A DNA stretch of 64,000 nucleotides from Enoplolaimus lenunculus (GCA_030248215.1 JASANG010002792.1:124001-188000); one strand, 5' to 3'; shown: positions 49,301 through 63,406, counted from the first letter of the stretch. Notes: a model not told the origin generated them from the letters alone. Made by a program: numbers and translations.

Positions 49301-50302
49301 ACTTTATTTAATGCCACTGGTGGTGGTATTGGGTTTCCAGATATTAAAATTAGAGTTAAAGTTAACAGATTAATGTGTTATGTAAAGTGCTTGTGCTATA
49401 AGGAAATGCTTAGCTGGAGAAGATCCTTTTTCCACTTCTTTAGGAAGGTAGAATTTTTGACAAGCAGACAAGTAAGGCGGATCGCAATTCCTACGTTCTA
49501 TAAAGAAATTCGCTATTCGATTATCGAGTCCAGTTTCCGACAAGAGGGAGACTTTTGCTGGGTTTTCGGGGAAAAATATTACATGTTAAAATTGAAGTCA
49601 AAATTAGTTTATAAACTATGGATACACAATTATTGTAGCAAAAACATGATTTTGCAAATTTGTACTGGGAACGGCATTTAGGATCAGATACATTGTATGT
49701 CAAAGAATCATGGAAATGGGCAAAGGCGAAGTATGTGGACGGTAAAGTACGGGACTTGCACTATAAACTAAGACAAAACCGTCTTTATATAAATAATAGA
49801 TTATCATATTTTACTACAACATCAAAGTATTGTTGTTACTGCCATATACAAGGGATAGATGTAGTTGAGGACATCCCGCAGGTTTTTATTTATTGTTCCC
49901 GTGCGTATAATGAAATTACTCCAATTTTGCAACGGTTACTAGGTTGTCATCAGATTAATCTGTCCGATTTAATATTGGGTAAAAGTAATACATCTACACA
50001 AAATTATCAATGTTTTAATTTCTTAATTCAGTATATGCAGTTCGCTCTGTGGAAATCGCGATGCTTATTAAATTTTCATAATACATTAGAGAACCCAATG
50101 TCCATCTTTAGGAAAAATGTTTTTAGATCACTTTGTAGACTTAAAGTGCGACTGAAAGGGCCCGTTTTTGATCGTGTTTTCGGGATCATTACGGAAAACT
50201 CGAATGCGTCGCCAGGCTTTAAATTGGTAATATAGGCGGAACGTTTGCCGGAAAAATTTTAAGCGAAATTGTTTTTAGAAGTTAATGCCGGATAAGAATA
50301 AA
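49301..50302 (+). mobile_element. 5'-truncated, frameshifted 3' fragment of a related Tx1-type LINE
   Basis: Translates to GGIGFPDIKIRVKVNRLM..SWRRSFFHFFR..WAKAKYVDGKVRDLHYKLR..CCYC..ISDLILG-like segments, homologous to but clearly diverged from the ORF2 C-terminus upstream. Frameshift near 49650, stop at 50235, AATAAA at about 50297. Confidence 0.88.
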
Positions 50303-50529
50303 ACTAAGTAAATTAAATTTTGACCGCTTTTTTACTAGCATAACAAGAGAATCTAAATCAGTGATTGGTTTTCAGTTAGACATTTTCTAATAATTAGGTT
50401 TTCACATTGTTGATTTCTAAGCGTGAATAATCGTTGTTAACTATATCTGTGTTGGTTGTATTGTTTTGTTATAATCTCTATATGAACGGTGGAGAAGTGT
50501 TAAATTGACTAGTAAACTTTCTCTCTCTC

Positions 50530-50800
50530 TTATACTTTGCAAAAATTTAAGCTGTCCCGGCAATCCCGGCCGACCCAGCAAAAACACATGCTCGATGCTG
50601 TCCCGGCCAACCCACCAAAAATAGGCGAGATGCTGTTTCGGTCGACCCAGCGAAAACACAGGCTCAAAGCTGTCTTGGTTGTCCCGCCCGACCCTGCAAA
50701 GCATAGGCTCGAAGCTGTCACTCCGCCCCAGCTCAAATATGTGGGCAGGAGTGCGGTCCTGTTGCTGTACCGCGGGAAACGGGACGCCTCTCAGAGTAAC
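50530..50800 (-). repeat. GGGACAG-rich repeat, inverted relative to 42924-43230
   Basis: Reverse complement begins GTTACTCTGAGAGGCGTCCC...ACAGCAA and has the same 'gacagcttcgagcc' units. Confidence 0.65.
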
Positions 50801-51327
50801 TTTGGTCAAACAGTGAATGCGTGTATATGTCACAGGACACATTATGTGTCCGAAAAACGAAAATTTTAACATATGAATGTATATAAAATGGATTTTAGAA
50901 TTGAAGCTTTGCCACGAGATTCAATGTAAAACTACGTATGCATCTTTTTCTTTCGCTCACCAGGTTTCGTTGACAGTGCGGCCAAAGTTAGGGCGCTCAA
51001 AATTGAAAGCATGCCTTTACCGTTTGATTTATTAACACAAGAATACGTCAAGCTTCAACCTCGCTTTGGCAATTCTTTCAAAATACGCGTGACATGTCTA
51101 GCTTGCTCCAGTCATGAGTTTCTGATGTTCATATGACCTCTTCGGATTATTTCACGCCCAAACTCAAATTTTTAAATATTCGAATTTTTAGAACTCGACT
51201 CATCTCTGCAAACTGCGTCAAATGATATATAATTTGTCTCAAAGTTTTCGAAAAAATGGGCCCAAAGGGGCGCTGACCTTGTAAAATTCAGATCTGAGCT
51301 TGGAATTATAAGGGGATATCATCAGAA

Positions 51328-52880
51328 GACAGTGGGACAGCGGGACAGTAGGACAGTGAGTGGGACAGTAGGGCAGTGCGACAGCGGGACAGTAGGACAG
51401 TGAGTGGGACAGTAGGACAGTGAGTGGGACAGTAGGACAGCGGTACAATAGGACAGCGGTACAATAGGACAGCGGGACAGTGGGACGGTAGGATAGCGGG
51501 ACAGTAGGACAGTGGGACAGCAAGACAGTGGGACAGCAGGACAGTGAGACAGCGGGACAGTGGAACGGTAGGACAGCTAGACAGTAGGACAGTGGGACAG
51601 CAATACAGTAGGACAGCGGAACAGTAGGACAGCAAGACAGTGGGACAGTAGGACAGCAGGACAGTGGGACAGCGAGACAGTGGGACAGCGTGGCAGTGGG
51701 ACGGTAGGACAGTGGGACAGCAAGACAGTGGAACAACAGGACAGTGGGACAGTAGGACAGCGGGACAGAGACAGTAGGACAGTGAGACAACGGGACAGTG
51801 GGAAAGTGTAGCGGGACAGTAGGACAGTGGGACAGTAGGACAGCGGGACAGTAGGACAGCGGGACAGTAGGACAGCGGGACAGTAGGACACTGAGACAAC
51901 GGGACAGTGGGACAGTGAAACTGTGGAACAGCGGGACAATGGGACAGCCGGGACAGTGGGACAACGGGACAGCGGGGACAATGGGGCAGTGAGACAACGG
52001 GACAGTGGGACAACGGGACAGTGGGACAGTAGGACAGTGGGACAGTTGGACAAGCGGGACAGGGGGATAGCGGGACGGTAGGACAGTAGGACAACGGGAC
52101 AGTGGGACAGCCGGACAGTGGGACAGTAGGATAGTGGGACGGTGGGACAGTAGGACAGTGGGACAACGGGACAGTCGGACAGTGGGACAGTAGGATAGCG
52201 GGACAACGGGACAGTGGGACAGCCGGACAGTGGGACAACGGGACAGTGGGACAGTAGGACAACGGGACAGTGGGACAGCCGGACAGTAGGATAGTGGGAC
52301 GGTGGGACAATGGGACAACGGGACAGTGGGACAGTAGGATAGCGGGACAGCCGGGGCAGTGGGACAACGGGACTGTGAGACAGCGGGACAATGGGACAGC
52401 TGGGACAATGGGACAGTGAGACAATGAGACAATGGGGCAGTGGGAGAACGGAACAGTGGGACAACGGGACAGTGGGACAGTAGGATAGTGGGACGGTGGG
52501 ACAACGGGACAGTGGGACAGTAGGACAGTGGGACAGTAGGATAGCGGGACAGCCGAGGCAGTGGGACAACGGGACTGTGGGACAGCAGGACAATGGGACA
52601 GCTGGGACAACGGGACAGTGGGACAATGGGACAGTGAGACAATGGGGCAGTGGGACCACGGAACAGTGGGACAACTGGACAATGGGACAGTGGGACAACG
52701 GGACCGCTGGGATACTCGGGGCAGCCGGGATAGCTGGGACAGCCCAACAGCTGAGACAGCTGGGACAGGGGGGACAGCCGGAACAATAAGACAGCGGAAC
52801 AACAGGGCAATGGGACAGCCTTGACAGCAGAACAGCCCGGACGAATGGGACGGCGGGACAAATGGGACGGCAGATGTTAC
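51328..52880. repeat. Minisatellite, 8-9-bp unit (G/A)GGACAGT and variants
   Basis: About 1.55 kb of GGGACAGT/AGGACAGT/GGGACAAC units. A short inverted tract of the same unit lies at 54420-54546. Confidence 0.95.
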
Positions 52881-55218
52881 TATTAGGCCCAGCCGGGAGA
52901 CAATGTTTCCATGTTTCCACTTACACATTCCCTCTGCCTAAACCAAGCTTAACGTTGTCCTAACGCCGGTACTTTTTTACTTCCACACATAACTGAATGT
53001 GAAGGTGGAAGTCCTCAGTTATTTTACATATAAAATATGCACTAACACAAAAAAGTAGTGTGGTAGACAGACTTTTTCACTTTGAGGCTGCCGGTCTCCT
53101 GAACGGCTGCGATTGCAAGCGACCCAAAAAGTAACATGGGCCTCTGCTGTCCAGATTAAAGGAACTCTACATAAACGCAACAATTAGAGCCCTACTGTGC
53201 AACAACTTACAAAGTGTCAGTTGACAGGTGCCCCAATAAACACATGTAATCCCCCGCGAGAAGTTCAAAGTATATAAACTTTGAAAAGGTCAAAATTTTT
53301 CTGTTGTTTGAATCGGATTAAACTAAAAATGTTTACAATTTAAGCTTTGTACTTTGGTGACGCTGGCAAGATTGTTGAATTTAATCTCTTTTGTTCGGTT
53401 GCCGACTAAAATAAAACTTTTAAAATTTGGCCAAATAACAAAAATTCTAATCATTTTGACACAATGCGGTCTTATTACAGAGGAATTCAATTCGGAACAC
53501 GGAACCACCAGGCATTGATCATGTATCAGGTATAAAACCCAAAATTTTGTGTGGAGGTTTGCGACTTTAATTTGGTTTCACTTTTTACTCGCGTCAGTTT
53601 TGACTCGATAGCTAGTGCTCAGCTAAAACAAGTTCCGAGCAAAATTATAGGCTTTAGACCTGCGGTTTGGTTTCGAATTAAGTTGTTACATTAACGCTTA
53701 ACCTTCAATTCTAGTTCAACTTTAGCTCGCACAAGTTGTTAGGAAGCGTGTAGAATCAACAGCACAGCCAGACAAGTCAAGGTCAAAACTATTTTGTTCA
53801 CATTTAGCTGCATTTTCAATTTAAAACAGAAGACTTCACCTTCGAAATTTTTACAGAATACAACCTCCCGTTACTAAATCCTGGTTATGTTCGTAGCAAA
53901 TATGTCATGGGGTAAGAAACTTCTTCGTCACTCCGTACCACGGAATGTTTTAGTGGGCATTACCATAAGCATCCCGCTGCCTTACCAGCTTTCGGGCGTG
54001 ATGGACGTAATGCAGGTTTACAACGTTAATTGTTAATTAACCTGGCCAATTAAGTACTATTTGATTTGCCAATTTTTGTTTGTACCTTGATTTTTGATCG
54101 CAATGCTAAAGTCCCATTAAATCGTGCGTATTTATGCAACGAGAACTAGCAGCTGCAATTTGCACCAGTTTTTTGATCGAAAAACTTGCACTGAAACTTA
54201 CCACTGAAACTTCTGTGCGTAAACAAGGAAGGGCATAATGAAATGTACGAGTCTTGCAGATAAAAAATTTTAGCACAAGACTATCTGTTATGGGTTATGC
54301 AACCCACTTGAAGCGACATCAACCGAATTTTCGTGAGCACGGCATGCATAATGCACCAGAAAGCGGGAGTTCGAGAGGTTAAAAGATAGAGCCTGAGCAC
54401 TGAAACAGTAAACGGCCCCCGCTGTCCTACTGTCCCGATGTCCTACTATCCATCTGTTCCGCTGTCCCACTGTGCCGCTGTGCCGCTATCCCACTGTCCC
54501 ACTGTCCCACTGTCCCGGGACATCTGGACGGCCCTCAGTGTAACATGAGCCAGAAGCTCAAATATATAAAAAGTTCCAAAATCCGACCATTTTTGGGCAA
54601 ATAACGATTAAAGGGTGGGATAGCCGATCACTCAGGCAAAGAATGACTTTTGTCAAATTTTTCATTTCTTTCCGAAAAATGGAAAAATTCTTTTTTTTTC
54701 ATAACTTTTTCCGGAAAAAAGCGCCCCTGGTAGCTATATATTTCCGCAGGAAAAATGGAAAACGAGACAATATTTTTTGTTGACATTGATTTTATCTGGA
54801 GGCTGTCACCCCCCTGCACCCCCCGCATTTGGAAGAAGCCCCTCGCACTAAGCAATCTTGCTAATCAATCCACAAATAACAACAACAAAGTTTAATAATC
54901 TTCGCGTATGTACAAACAGGAATAGCAAATACTGTTTTGCGTCACTATTGCTGTCCCACACGAAAACGGGACGCCCCTGAAAATAACGGGCCAAATCACA
55001 GCCATACCGCTCGGAATTGGTAGACAAAAGAATGGAAAGAAAACACATAGCTAATATTAAGCGGAGGCTTAGGGTGAGCATCGACGTGACACTGAGTGAA
55101 CGCCATGGCCCTACTCAACAACATAATACTCCCAAGTGGGTAAGCTCGACCCACTAGTAAGGCAAGGCGTATTTGTAATCTGACTAGCAGTGTTAGTCTG
55201 GGTGGGAAGTTAACCGGG

Positions 55219-55962
55219 ATGTGATAAGTTGGGTAGGCTAGGGTACGACGGTTTTTAGTTCTGAGTTAGCAACTGCAAATGAGGCACGTTCCCTGGAGGT
55301 TTCGAACTCGGTCCACAGATTATCAGTCCCAGCGCGCTATCCACTGAGCCACGCCGCCTCACAATCAACTGCTGAGTTTTTCTGTGTTTTATGCCTTATA
55401 AGAAACTCAACATTATACACATTTATCTTGGTTCTTCCATGTTTTTACTGATGCTGCATATGAAGGCACTACTTATGCAGGTGTGATTTTACCGATGTAC
55501 AGCATCAGCATGAGATTATTACTTGTCTCTATGCATCCGCATGCCATATCCCCCGGTTTCTGCAAGGTCGTCCCTTGACCGCCAACTTGTATATTTTTGG
55601 TTCTATCGCGGAAGTTTGCCATTACGGTCCCATCGGGGTCGCCATGTGATAAGTTGGGAGGCTAGTGTACGACAGTTTTTCAGTTTTTCGTTCTGAATTC
55701 TCAGCAGCTGAAAATGAGGCACGTTCCCAGGAGGTTTCGAACTTGGTCGACAGATTATCAGTCCAGAGGACTTACTGCTGAGCCACGCAGCCTCACAATA
55801 AACTGCTGAGTTTTCTGTTTTTATGCCTTTCATCATTATACACATGTATCTTGGTTCTTCCATGTTTTACTGCTTCATATAGAGGCACTACATAATTAGC
55901 AGTGATTTTACCGATGTACAGCATCAGCATGAGGTTATTACTTCTCTCTATACATCCGCATG
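55219..55962 (-). repeat. Two diverged direct copies (about 320 bp) of a tRNA-headed SINE-like unit
   Basis: 55219-55543 aligns with 55644-55962. Minus strand of 55281-55360 has A box TGGCTCAGTGG and B box GAGTTCGAAACC. Confidence 0.7.
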
Positions 55963-57419
55963 TAACAACCGGTTCTCGGATTCTATGCGCTCATTGCACG
56001 CGTAGAGTGACACGGTGAATAACCCAAGAACTAGTAAAACCATCTACGCAAACACCTAGGCATTGGATGTAACCTTGTCGCCGACGTGTTGAAACTTTAA
56101 CTTAGGCTTAATCGAAGTTAGCCGCGAGACACTAGATAGAAACTGTATCATAAAAATTGCCATAGAATAATATTGTAAACTGTATACCATAACTGTGCCT
56201 TTTGTAAAAACGTTCTTTTGTAAATTCTTATAACCGGCCGTGCCGCTGGTTAAGAGCGATCAAACTCGTATTATAGATCCCGAACTTGGCCGTTTACTTG
56301 AAAATCCGACGTGCATTACGATAAGCACGTCTCTCATGCTCACAACTCACAAGCAGTTAAACATATTACCCAAATCAAGGGAATTTTATATAAGTGTTAG
56401 TAATAAAAAATATCAGTGAAAAGTGGGAGAGTCACTTATTTTCTCATATCTTGACACATAATGTTTCATACGATAGAAATGAACTGATAACCGCATTTTA
56501 AGGAATCTAGAAACGAATTTTATAGCCAGTTCAAGATTGGCCATAAGTCTTTGTGGTTGAAGCATTCACATCTAAATTAAATTCTTTTAATTTATTATCC
56601 TAAGTCATATAAGGGTAGTGTCATAAGACATATAAGGTTAATTTAAACGTTTAAAGAGTGTATATGCTAGTAAAGTGTTTTTGTACTTCTTCAAGTATCA
56701 GCACACGGATTAAAAAAACCATGCGAATCAGTTCGAGAAAGAAAATAAGTAATTTCAGTAAATTTACCAGTTAATTATTATTTAACTTTATAATAGTTGT
56801 AAAACAAGAGAACGTATGATGGAGAACTGATAAGTAACTAAGAGCGTGATCACCTGTAGAGAAGTTACTCTGCACGGCATGCCCACACACATGACTGGTT
56901 GATTTTGTAGAAATTAAATACAGATTAGTATTAACTCTAATGTTGAAATAAGGTCATTGAATAGCCTTAAGCTTCTGAATCCGGAAATACATTAAATTTT
57001 CCGATCGTATAAAAGTAAGTTGAAATCACCTAGTACTGTGATTATTTTGGTTTTGAAACAGAGATATAGTACACAGTTACTGAAAAATTGCACCACCTTG
57101 ACATTATACTCTGGAAGTAAATAGCATCAGACAATATGATGTTGATAAGCTACATCTCAATTAGGTACGATTATTCCTAATTTAAAGTATTCTGACGGGC
57201 GACAAAATGTTTTCACGTTACAACTCAACTGTAGTTGGATTTTTTGTGCACAAAAAACTTCGATTTGGTTAATCCAACTGCTACTTCATAATTTGCTGCC
57301 TGGTTGCTTTGGTTAAACACTTTTTCCTGTTAGGGCTCCGGCGCAACATAATTTTACGTGCGCAAGTTTTAAAAATTTACTTATATATACAGTGTAAATT
57401 GCAGAATATCATATCTACC

Positions 57420-59797
57420 ATGCCGTTGACCAGGCACCTGCGTGGGTTTTGTAACAAGAGATCAAATCTCGAACTGTTCTCTAGCGAAAGTTATTTGCGT
57501 TTGGAACGTAAAGCGCATTCACAGTGCCAACAAAAATCATATCACCTTGTTTCTTATATACGGGATCGCATAAGGGCTACAGGACCGATTACGGTATCAG
57601 AGTTTATGTCTTCAGCGCTTGGAGCACCTGAATCAGGTACTTATATACCAGCTAAGCTTATGAATTACGCTTAGTTTGACTTTTGAATGTTTTAGTTTTC
57701 ATTAATCTTGTTCGGTTTTGTTTACAATACTTTTCGAAAAACAAATATTATTGGTAAGGTTTGCATAGAGATTCTTCCATTAATTGGTTATATGGTTTCA
57801 GGATACTACTCAAAAGAGCGTACATCAAAGATGCGGAATATTTTGGGCAAATCTGGTGATTTTGTAACGTCACCTGAGTTATCTCAAATGTTTGGCGAGC
57901 TGGTTGGCATATTTGTGGTTCATGCGGTCCGCAACTTTCTTGGTCATCGTGACAGTTGGAGATTAACGGAACTCGGGCCTGGATCTGGAGAATTAATGGT
58001 GGATATTCTCAATACAATGAAATCACTTCACGTACCGCCCTCTGATGTTGACGTAGGTAAATGCTTATATATGATATGTCCCGGGGCCAGGATTTTATCC
58101 GGGGTCGGGGCGAGCAAAATACAATAAACATCAAATTTTATGTACCTTTTGCGTAATTATGTACCTGGGAGCACGGTGCCGTTTTATCGTATCGCATCAT
58201 GCGACATTTTATTTATACTCCCATGTTGTGAAGTTACTGATACTGTGTTTGTTATTCTGCCGTTAATTAACTGTTTTTGACTTGTTTTCGCGAAAGTTGA
58301 TGATGAAATAGCTGAAAATTCGCTTAAACCTTTTTACCAAGTTTTCTAAAAAGTCCAACAGTAATTTGGTGATGAAAATTATTTCAAATTCCATGTTTCT
58401 GCAAAATAATTCAATTCCTGTTGCGGTATAATTTACTTCCTCTTGGAACCATATAAACTTGAGTAGTGTTTTGCCAGATAAGCAGTTTCAAATCAATTTT
58501 GTTTCGCAGCATTGCAAATCAGTATAGTGATGTACTTAAACTCTGATATAAATCGGCCGGATACGTACTGGCGATTTACGGTTGTTGTCCCGAATAACGT
58601 TAAGTTGTTTTTTACAAAACGACAATATGTTAAAAAATATTGCTGCTATCGCATTTCCGGTTATTGTAGCATCCAGATAATTGTATTTCATTAAACCATA
58701 CATACTTATACACGACTTAAATACTAACGCCACTGCACAAATTTAGATGCTATATCCGGTTAACATCCGTTATTCGGTAAATTGCTATCGGTCACACCCC
58801 GCTTGTTATTACCCAGTGTTTTGAATTATGACTGAACAAAAAATTTGGTCTATTTTAGGTTAGTTTGGTTGATATCAGCAAACACTTTTGTCGTGTTCAA
58901 AGTGGAAAGCTGCTTAAACCGACAGATGCTTGGAAAACAGTGCCTGGTGCGACGTCAGGTCCTTCTTTAGATGTGAAATTTGATTCTCGCATAAACAACT
59001 ACAAACTTATGTGGCATTCCACGCTAGAACAAGTGCCGAACGACCGTCTGACATTGTTCATTGCTAATGAATTTTTCGATGCACTGCCGATTCATAAGTT
59101 TCGTCGTATTGCCGAACGCGGATGGCATGAAGTGCTTATTGACAATGCAACTTGTTCACGAGATACTTCTGCATACAGTAAACAAGATCACGAATTTAAA
59201 TTTGTGCTCTCGTCTGCGCCAACCATTGCGCAACAGACTTATTTAACTGACTCTGTATTGAACGTTTGTGGCGCAGATAATATCTTGTGTCGCGATATTG
59301 AAATATCACCCGTTGGTGCAGCTATTGTAGAAGCGATTGCTTTGAGGATTAAACGCCATGGAGGAGTTGCAATATTGGTGGATTACGGTTACGATGCCAG
59401 CGATTGCCGCGTGTTTCAAAGTGGCCGCCCGGTTGGTGATACGCTGCGTGGTTTTAAATCTCATTCAGTGGTCGACAATGAATTGAGTGATCTTGGGCAT
59501 ACAGACCTAACCGCAGATGTTAATTTTGGTTATTTAAAGTTTATTGCTGAAAAACACGCGTTAGTGTTGGGGCCGATATGCCAGAACGAATTTTTGACGA
59601 ATCTTGGCATACAGGTTAGGCGCGATGCATTGTTAGCGAAAGCGCGAACGGATAACCAGCGGCGTTATATTGAACGGTGCTATGAAATTCTTATGGATGA
59701 ATCGGAAATGGGTCATCGATTTAAAGCAATGGCGATTGTTCCACGCACCATTGGGCCCTATGTTGAAGTCAATCCACTAGCAGGATTTATGAAGTAG
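57420..59797 (+). CDS. NDUFAF7: Mitochondrial protein arginine methyltransferase NDUFAF7 (MidA), 3 exons, about 468 aa
   Basis: Exons 57420-57636, 57802-58052, 58859-59797. Motifs GPITVSEFM, GYY, GDFVTSPELSQMFGE, ELGPGSG, ANEFFDALP, DYG, DLTADVNF, MGHRFK. Confidence 0.95.
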
Positions 59798-60844
59798 TCA
59801 AAAACCCATTTGTATTAAACTACTAAAGCATCAGTCGCCAACATAGCATTTTTTCATACCGAAGATACAAAAAAGTATTATAGGCCAACTGAAACTCAGA
59901 AGAATATTTTGATGCAGCGTACAACAGGATGTCTGCATCCAGCTGCCGCAAAAAGTCTACCTCCAGCTCCGCTAAATCTTTTGCTGGAGGTTCTGGCAAT
60001 ATTGGTTTTTTGCAATAATTCTGATTACACCCTGTATTCTTTTGAATAGCTTTTTCGCGTACAATTTAACAATGTGCGTATGTTTTGAAACGGTTTTTAG
60101 CAGTCATCTCATAACTTTGTTTGCATTTGTAGTACTGCTTGATTTGATTCCGATACTGCTATAAACTTGGCATGTTCACAATAAAGTTTGTTTTTGGATA
60201 AGACATGTATCACAATTTTGCAGCCGGGGACATTGAGAAGCTAGATCGGTAGCTTTTTGGCCAATGGGAACGCATGTATAATAAACTTTGTTATTTGAAT
60301 AGTGCAAAATGTAATTAAAAATTCATTCAAAGACATGAAAGGAAAGCAATACAACCCCAGTTGTTCCTATTTCCAGGAACCAAAATTTGAGTGGCTTCAT
60401 AATGCGCGCCTTGCAAATCCTTCAGTTTTACATCATAAACATATGGCATTGTTTTTGTAGCTTATGTCTGAAGTAAATTATTTTATTTTGTTAGGCTGAA
60501 ATATCGTGGAACCGATAGGAGGAGCGATGTATAATCATGTAGATTTTATTGCATAGTGTTTACATATTCGGTTGAAAATTTCTCTTTTAAAATTAGCAGC
60601 AGTTTGAGCCATCAAAATTTTATGACTTAAGCGTGGTGTAAACGGATAGTAAAAATAACGGAAACGGAAGTGGAAAACGGATATTGAAGTTGAAGTTTCA
60701 AAAACGTTTTTATTATTCTGCCAACACATGTGAAGCGTGCATACATTTAGTAGTCTCAAAATTTTCAAAGAAATCGATGCGTCGACATTTTTAAGATTTT
60801 GGATGAATTTCGTAACTCTTATTTCTTTTCGAACAATTTCAGCC

Positions 60845-61530
60845 AGGGTGCAGCCGGAATTACAATTTACTGGAACCGGAGTTTTAAAAATTACCGGAAC
60901 CGGAGTTTTAAAAATTACTGGAACCGGTAAATGAAAAATACACGCCACTGAAATGTTTATTTTTAATTTCTTTGTGCAATATTCTTTGTGAAATAACTCT
61001 AGTTTGAGAGAGGTAATTACTTTATCTGCTGTATTTTAGATTTTCATAATCCACGAAAGCAATATAAAATTTTTTATCGCGATTTCTAGCAAAATATCTT
61101 AATTTTCAGCGACAAAATTTTAGTACTGGAATTTTTAATTCCGGTAAAAAATTTACCGGAACCAGAAGGTGAAAAAATGCCCGAACAAGATATATAGGTG
61201 ACGGGTACAACCGGAGGTCTGCCTCCGGTTCCGGCAGAAAATCCGGCTCCGGTAGACTTTTTGCCGGACTTCGGTAGTAAAGTTTTGCATAATTTTGCAA
61301 AATTTATCTGTTAGCGCGTTTCGTTTTACTTCTGTTACAATTTTCACGAAAGAATTTCTGAAATTTCGCAGAAACTTACCGTAAGAACAAAAAATTAACA
61401 TATTGAAGATATTGGCTAAAATTAACTAAATAAACCATCATTTTTGCAACTTAATTTCGCCTCACCTCCGGCTCAGGTAAGTTTCGTTCACCACCGGCTC
61501 CGGTATTTTTCAGCTCCGGTTGCATCATGA
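60845..61530. mobile_element. Degenerate copies of CAGGGT(G/A)CAACC MITE families
   Basis: TIR-like start at 60845. 61202-61530 is the reverse homolog of 32527-32884. Confidence 0.6.
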
Positions 61531-61953
61531 TCATGATTTATAACTAATTTTGAACGTAAAAATAACTATATCGTGATTAATATTTAACGGAAACGAAAAA
61601 CGGATATTCAAGCATAAGAATTTCAAAAATGTTTATTTTTCTGCCAACACAATTGAGACCTGCCAGCGGCGAATCCAGAAGTTTCTGACAGGGGAAGGCT
61701 CGTAAATATTTTGAAACGCAATTTTTCATCGAAAAATTTTCTGAGGAAGAAAATTGCATTAAGGTAGGGGATCTTATCATTTTATCACAAGAACATTTTC
61801 GGAAGGGAAAAATTGCAAGGTAGGAACCTTAACACTGTTACAAAAAATTTATGACGAGAGGGGCGTACGCCCGCCCGCCACCCTCTTTATCCGCTATTGC
61901 TCGCCTTTTCACACACTAGGCTTAAATTTTAGACTAGTTTTTTGCTTAGGCTT

Positions 61954-62533
61954 GGGGTTCATGTTATAACCGGGGCAGGCGTGACAGGGTTTGTCCCATG
62001 TTGATTCGACGTCAACGTTAAAATTCGAGCACTCATATCGGGTGAACAGACAAAACTCGAGGCCATATGTCATTAGCTTACAAACCACCGCTCTCAACTG
62101 ATCAATGTGTACAAGGGACGGTATGTCACGTGATACTGTGGGACATTTATGCGAATATCATATGATATTCCAAAATTTCAACGAATAAATAAGATATTCG
62201 GAGGACAAAACAACGAAAAAAAAAAAAAAGGACGGCAGCAAAACAAAACAAACGCGCCCAAACCCACAAACCCCACAAAAAAAAACACAACAACACAGAT
62301 TGGGTATGTTACCTCAAGTGTGCAGACATTTGAAAGTATGTCATATGATATTCGCGGACAATACGTCGAATATCATATGATATTGAAGTACAAAAGGTGA
62401 TCCACACATGATAATAGCAGACAAATACGAATTTTTGAATACGATATGGGGTTTATAAGCAGACAAAATGTCACCCAATAGTCTAATAGGGACAAAACGT
62501 GTCCCAAGCTGCCCCGGTTATAACGTGAACCCC
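61954..62533. mobile_element. MITE with 24-bp TIR GGGGTTCAYGTTATAACCGGGGCAG
   Basis: Near-perfect inverted termini. A similar right end recurs at about 63560-63587. No TSD resolved. Confidence 0.7.
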
Positions 62534-63406
62534 GCATTAGGCTAAACTTTGTTTTACACTTTTGTTTATTACTCTGAGGACGCTTAAAATTAGGAATATG
62601 TTTTGGTTGTTACATGCTTGAAGTTGGTCCAAGTTTTCAGGATCCGCTCCAGTCTTAATATATCGGGACATAATGCCGATTTGGTTCCTCATACCCTGCA
62701 CTGATAATTTCAATTAATTTCAATTTTTAAGACTTGAATATATACTTTCACTTTTTGCGATCTTATGGAATTGTGCGTAACCGAAAATTACCAATTTTCA
62801 AGTTAAGACATCTATATTTTTATGTATATTATTGTGTAAAAGCGACGCGCTGAGTTGAATTGCGTCACTTTTTGCGTTTGATGACCAGTTAGGCTTAGCG
62901 TCTTATTAAACCAAAAGCGATCATCAGAATTTAAAATAACGCCCAGCATGTAATCTCGCGCCTCTACTTGGTATATGTATATAAGTAGATTTTGTTTCTT
63001 GCAAAAGTAACAAACGTAGTAGTTGACGGTGCGTATTCGATGCAAATTTTTCACTGGGATAATTTTGAGATAATTTAAAATACGAAGCCATTATTCCGAT
63101 AAATATCAAACTAAACTGAAGTTTTTCTTTTAATTTTGGCATGTTTTAAAAAATCAAAATTTTAAATCATCATGAACTTATGCAGGAATGTGGATCAATG
63201 TTTTAACTCAGGTTTGAATGCAGAATTTGTTTTCGTCAGCTGCCGCTACTTTAATGGTGAAACGATGCAAATTATTCAGAAAATTTTTTTACACGATAGC
63301 ATTCGGATATCCGGATACGTGTTTCTTTTCGGATACATATCCGGAAATTTTGCGTGTCCGGATATCCGATGCCCATCTATAAATAACCAATACATGATGG
63401 TAGCAG

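Noticed and set aside
51328..52880. CRISPR-like array
   Set aside because: Contiguous short units without unique spacers, no cas genes, eukaryotic context.
51239..52928. Three long Cys/Pro-rich ORFs (540, 540, 447 aa) on the minus strand
   Set aside because: All three frames are open because the 8-bp satellite lacks stop codons on that strand, so these are translation artefacts.
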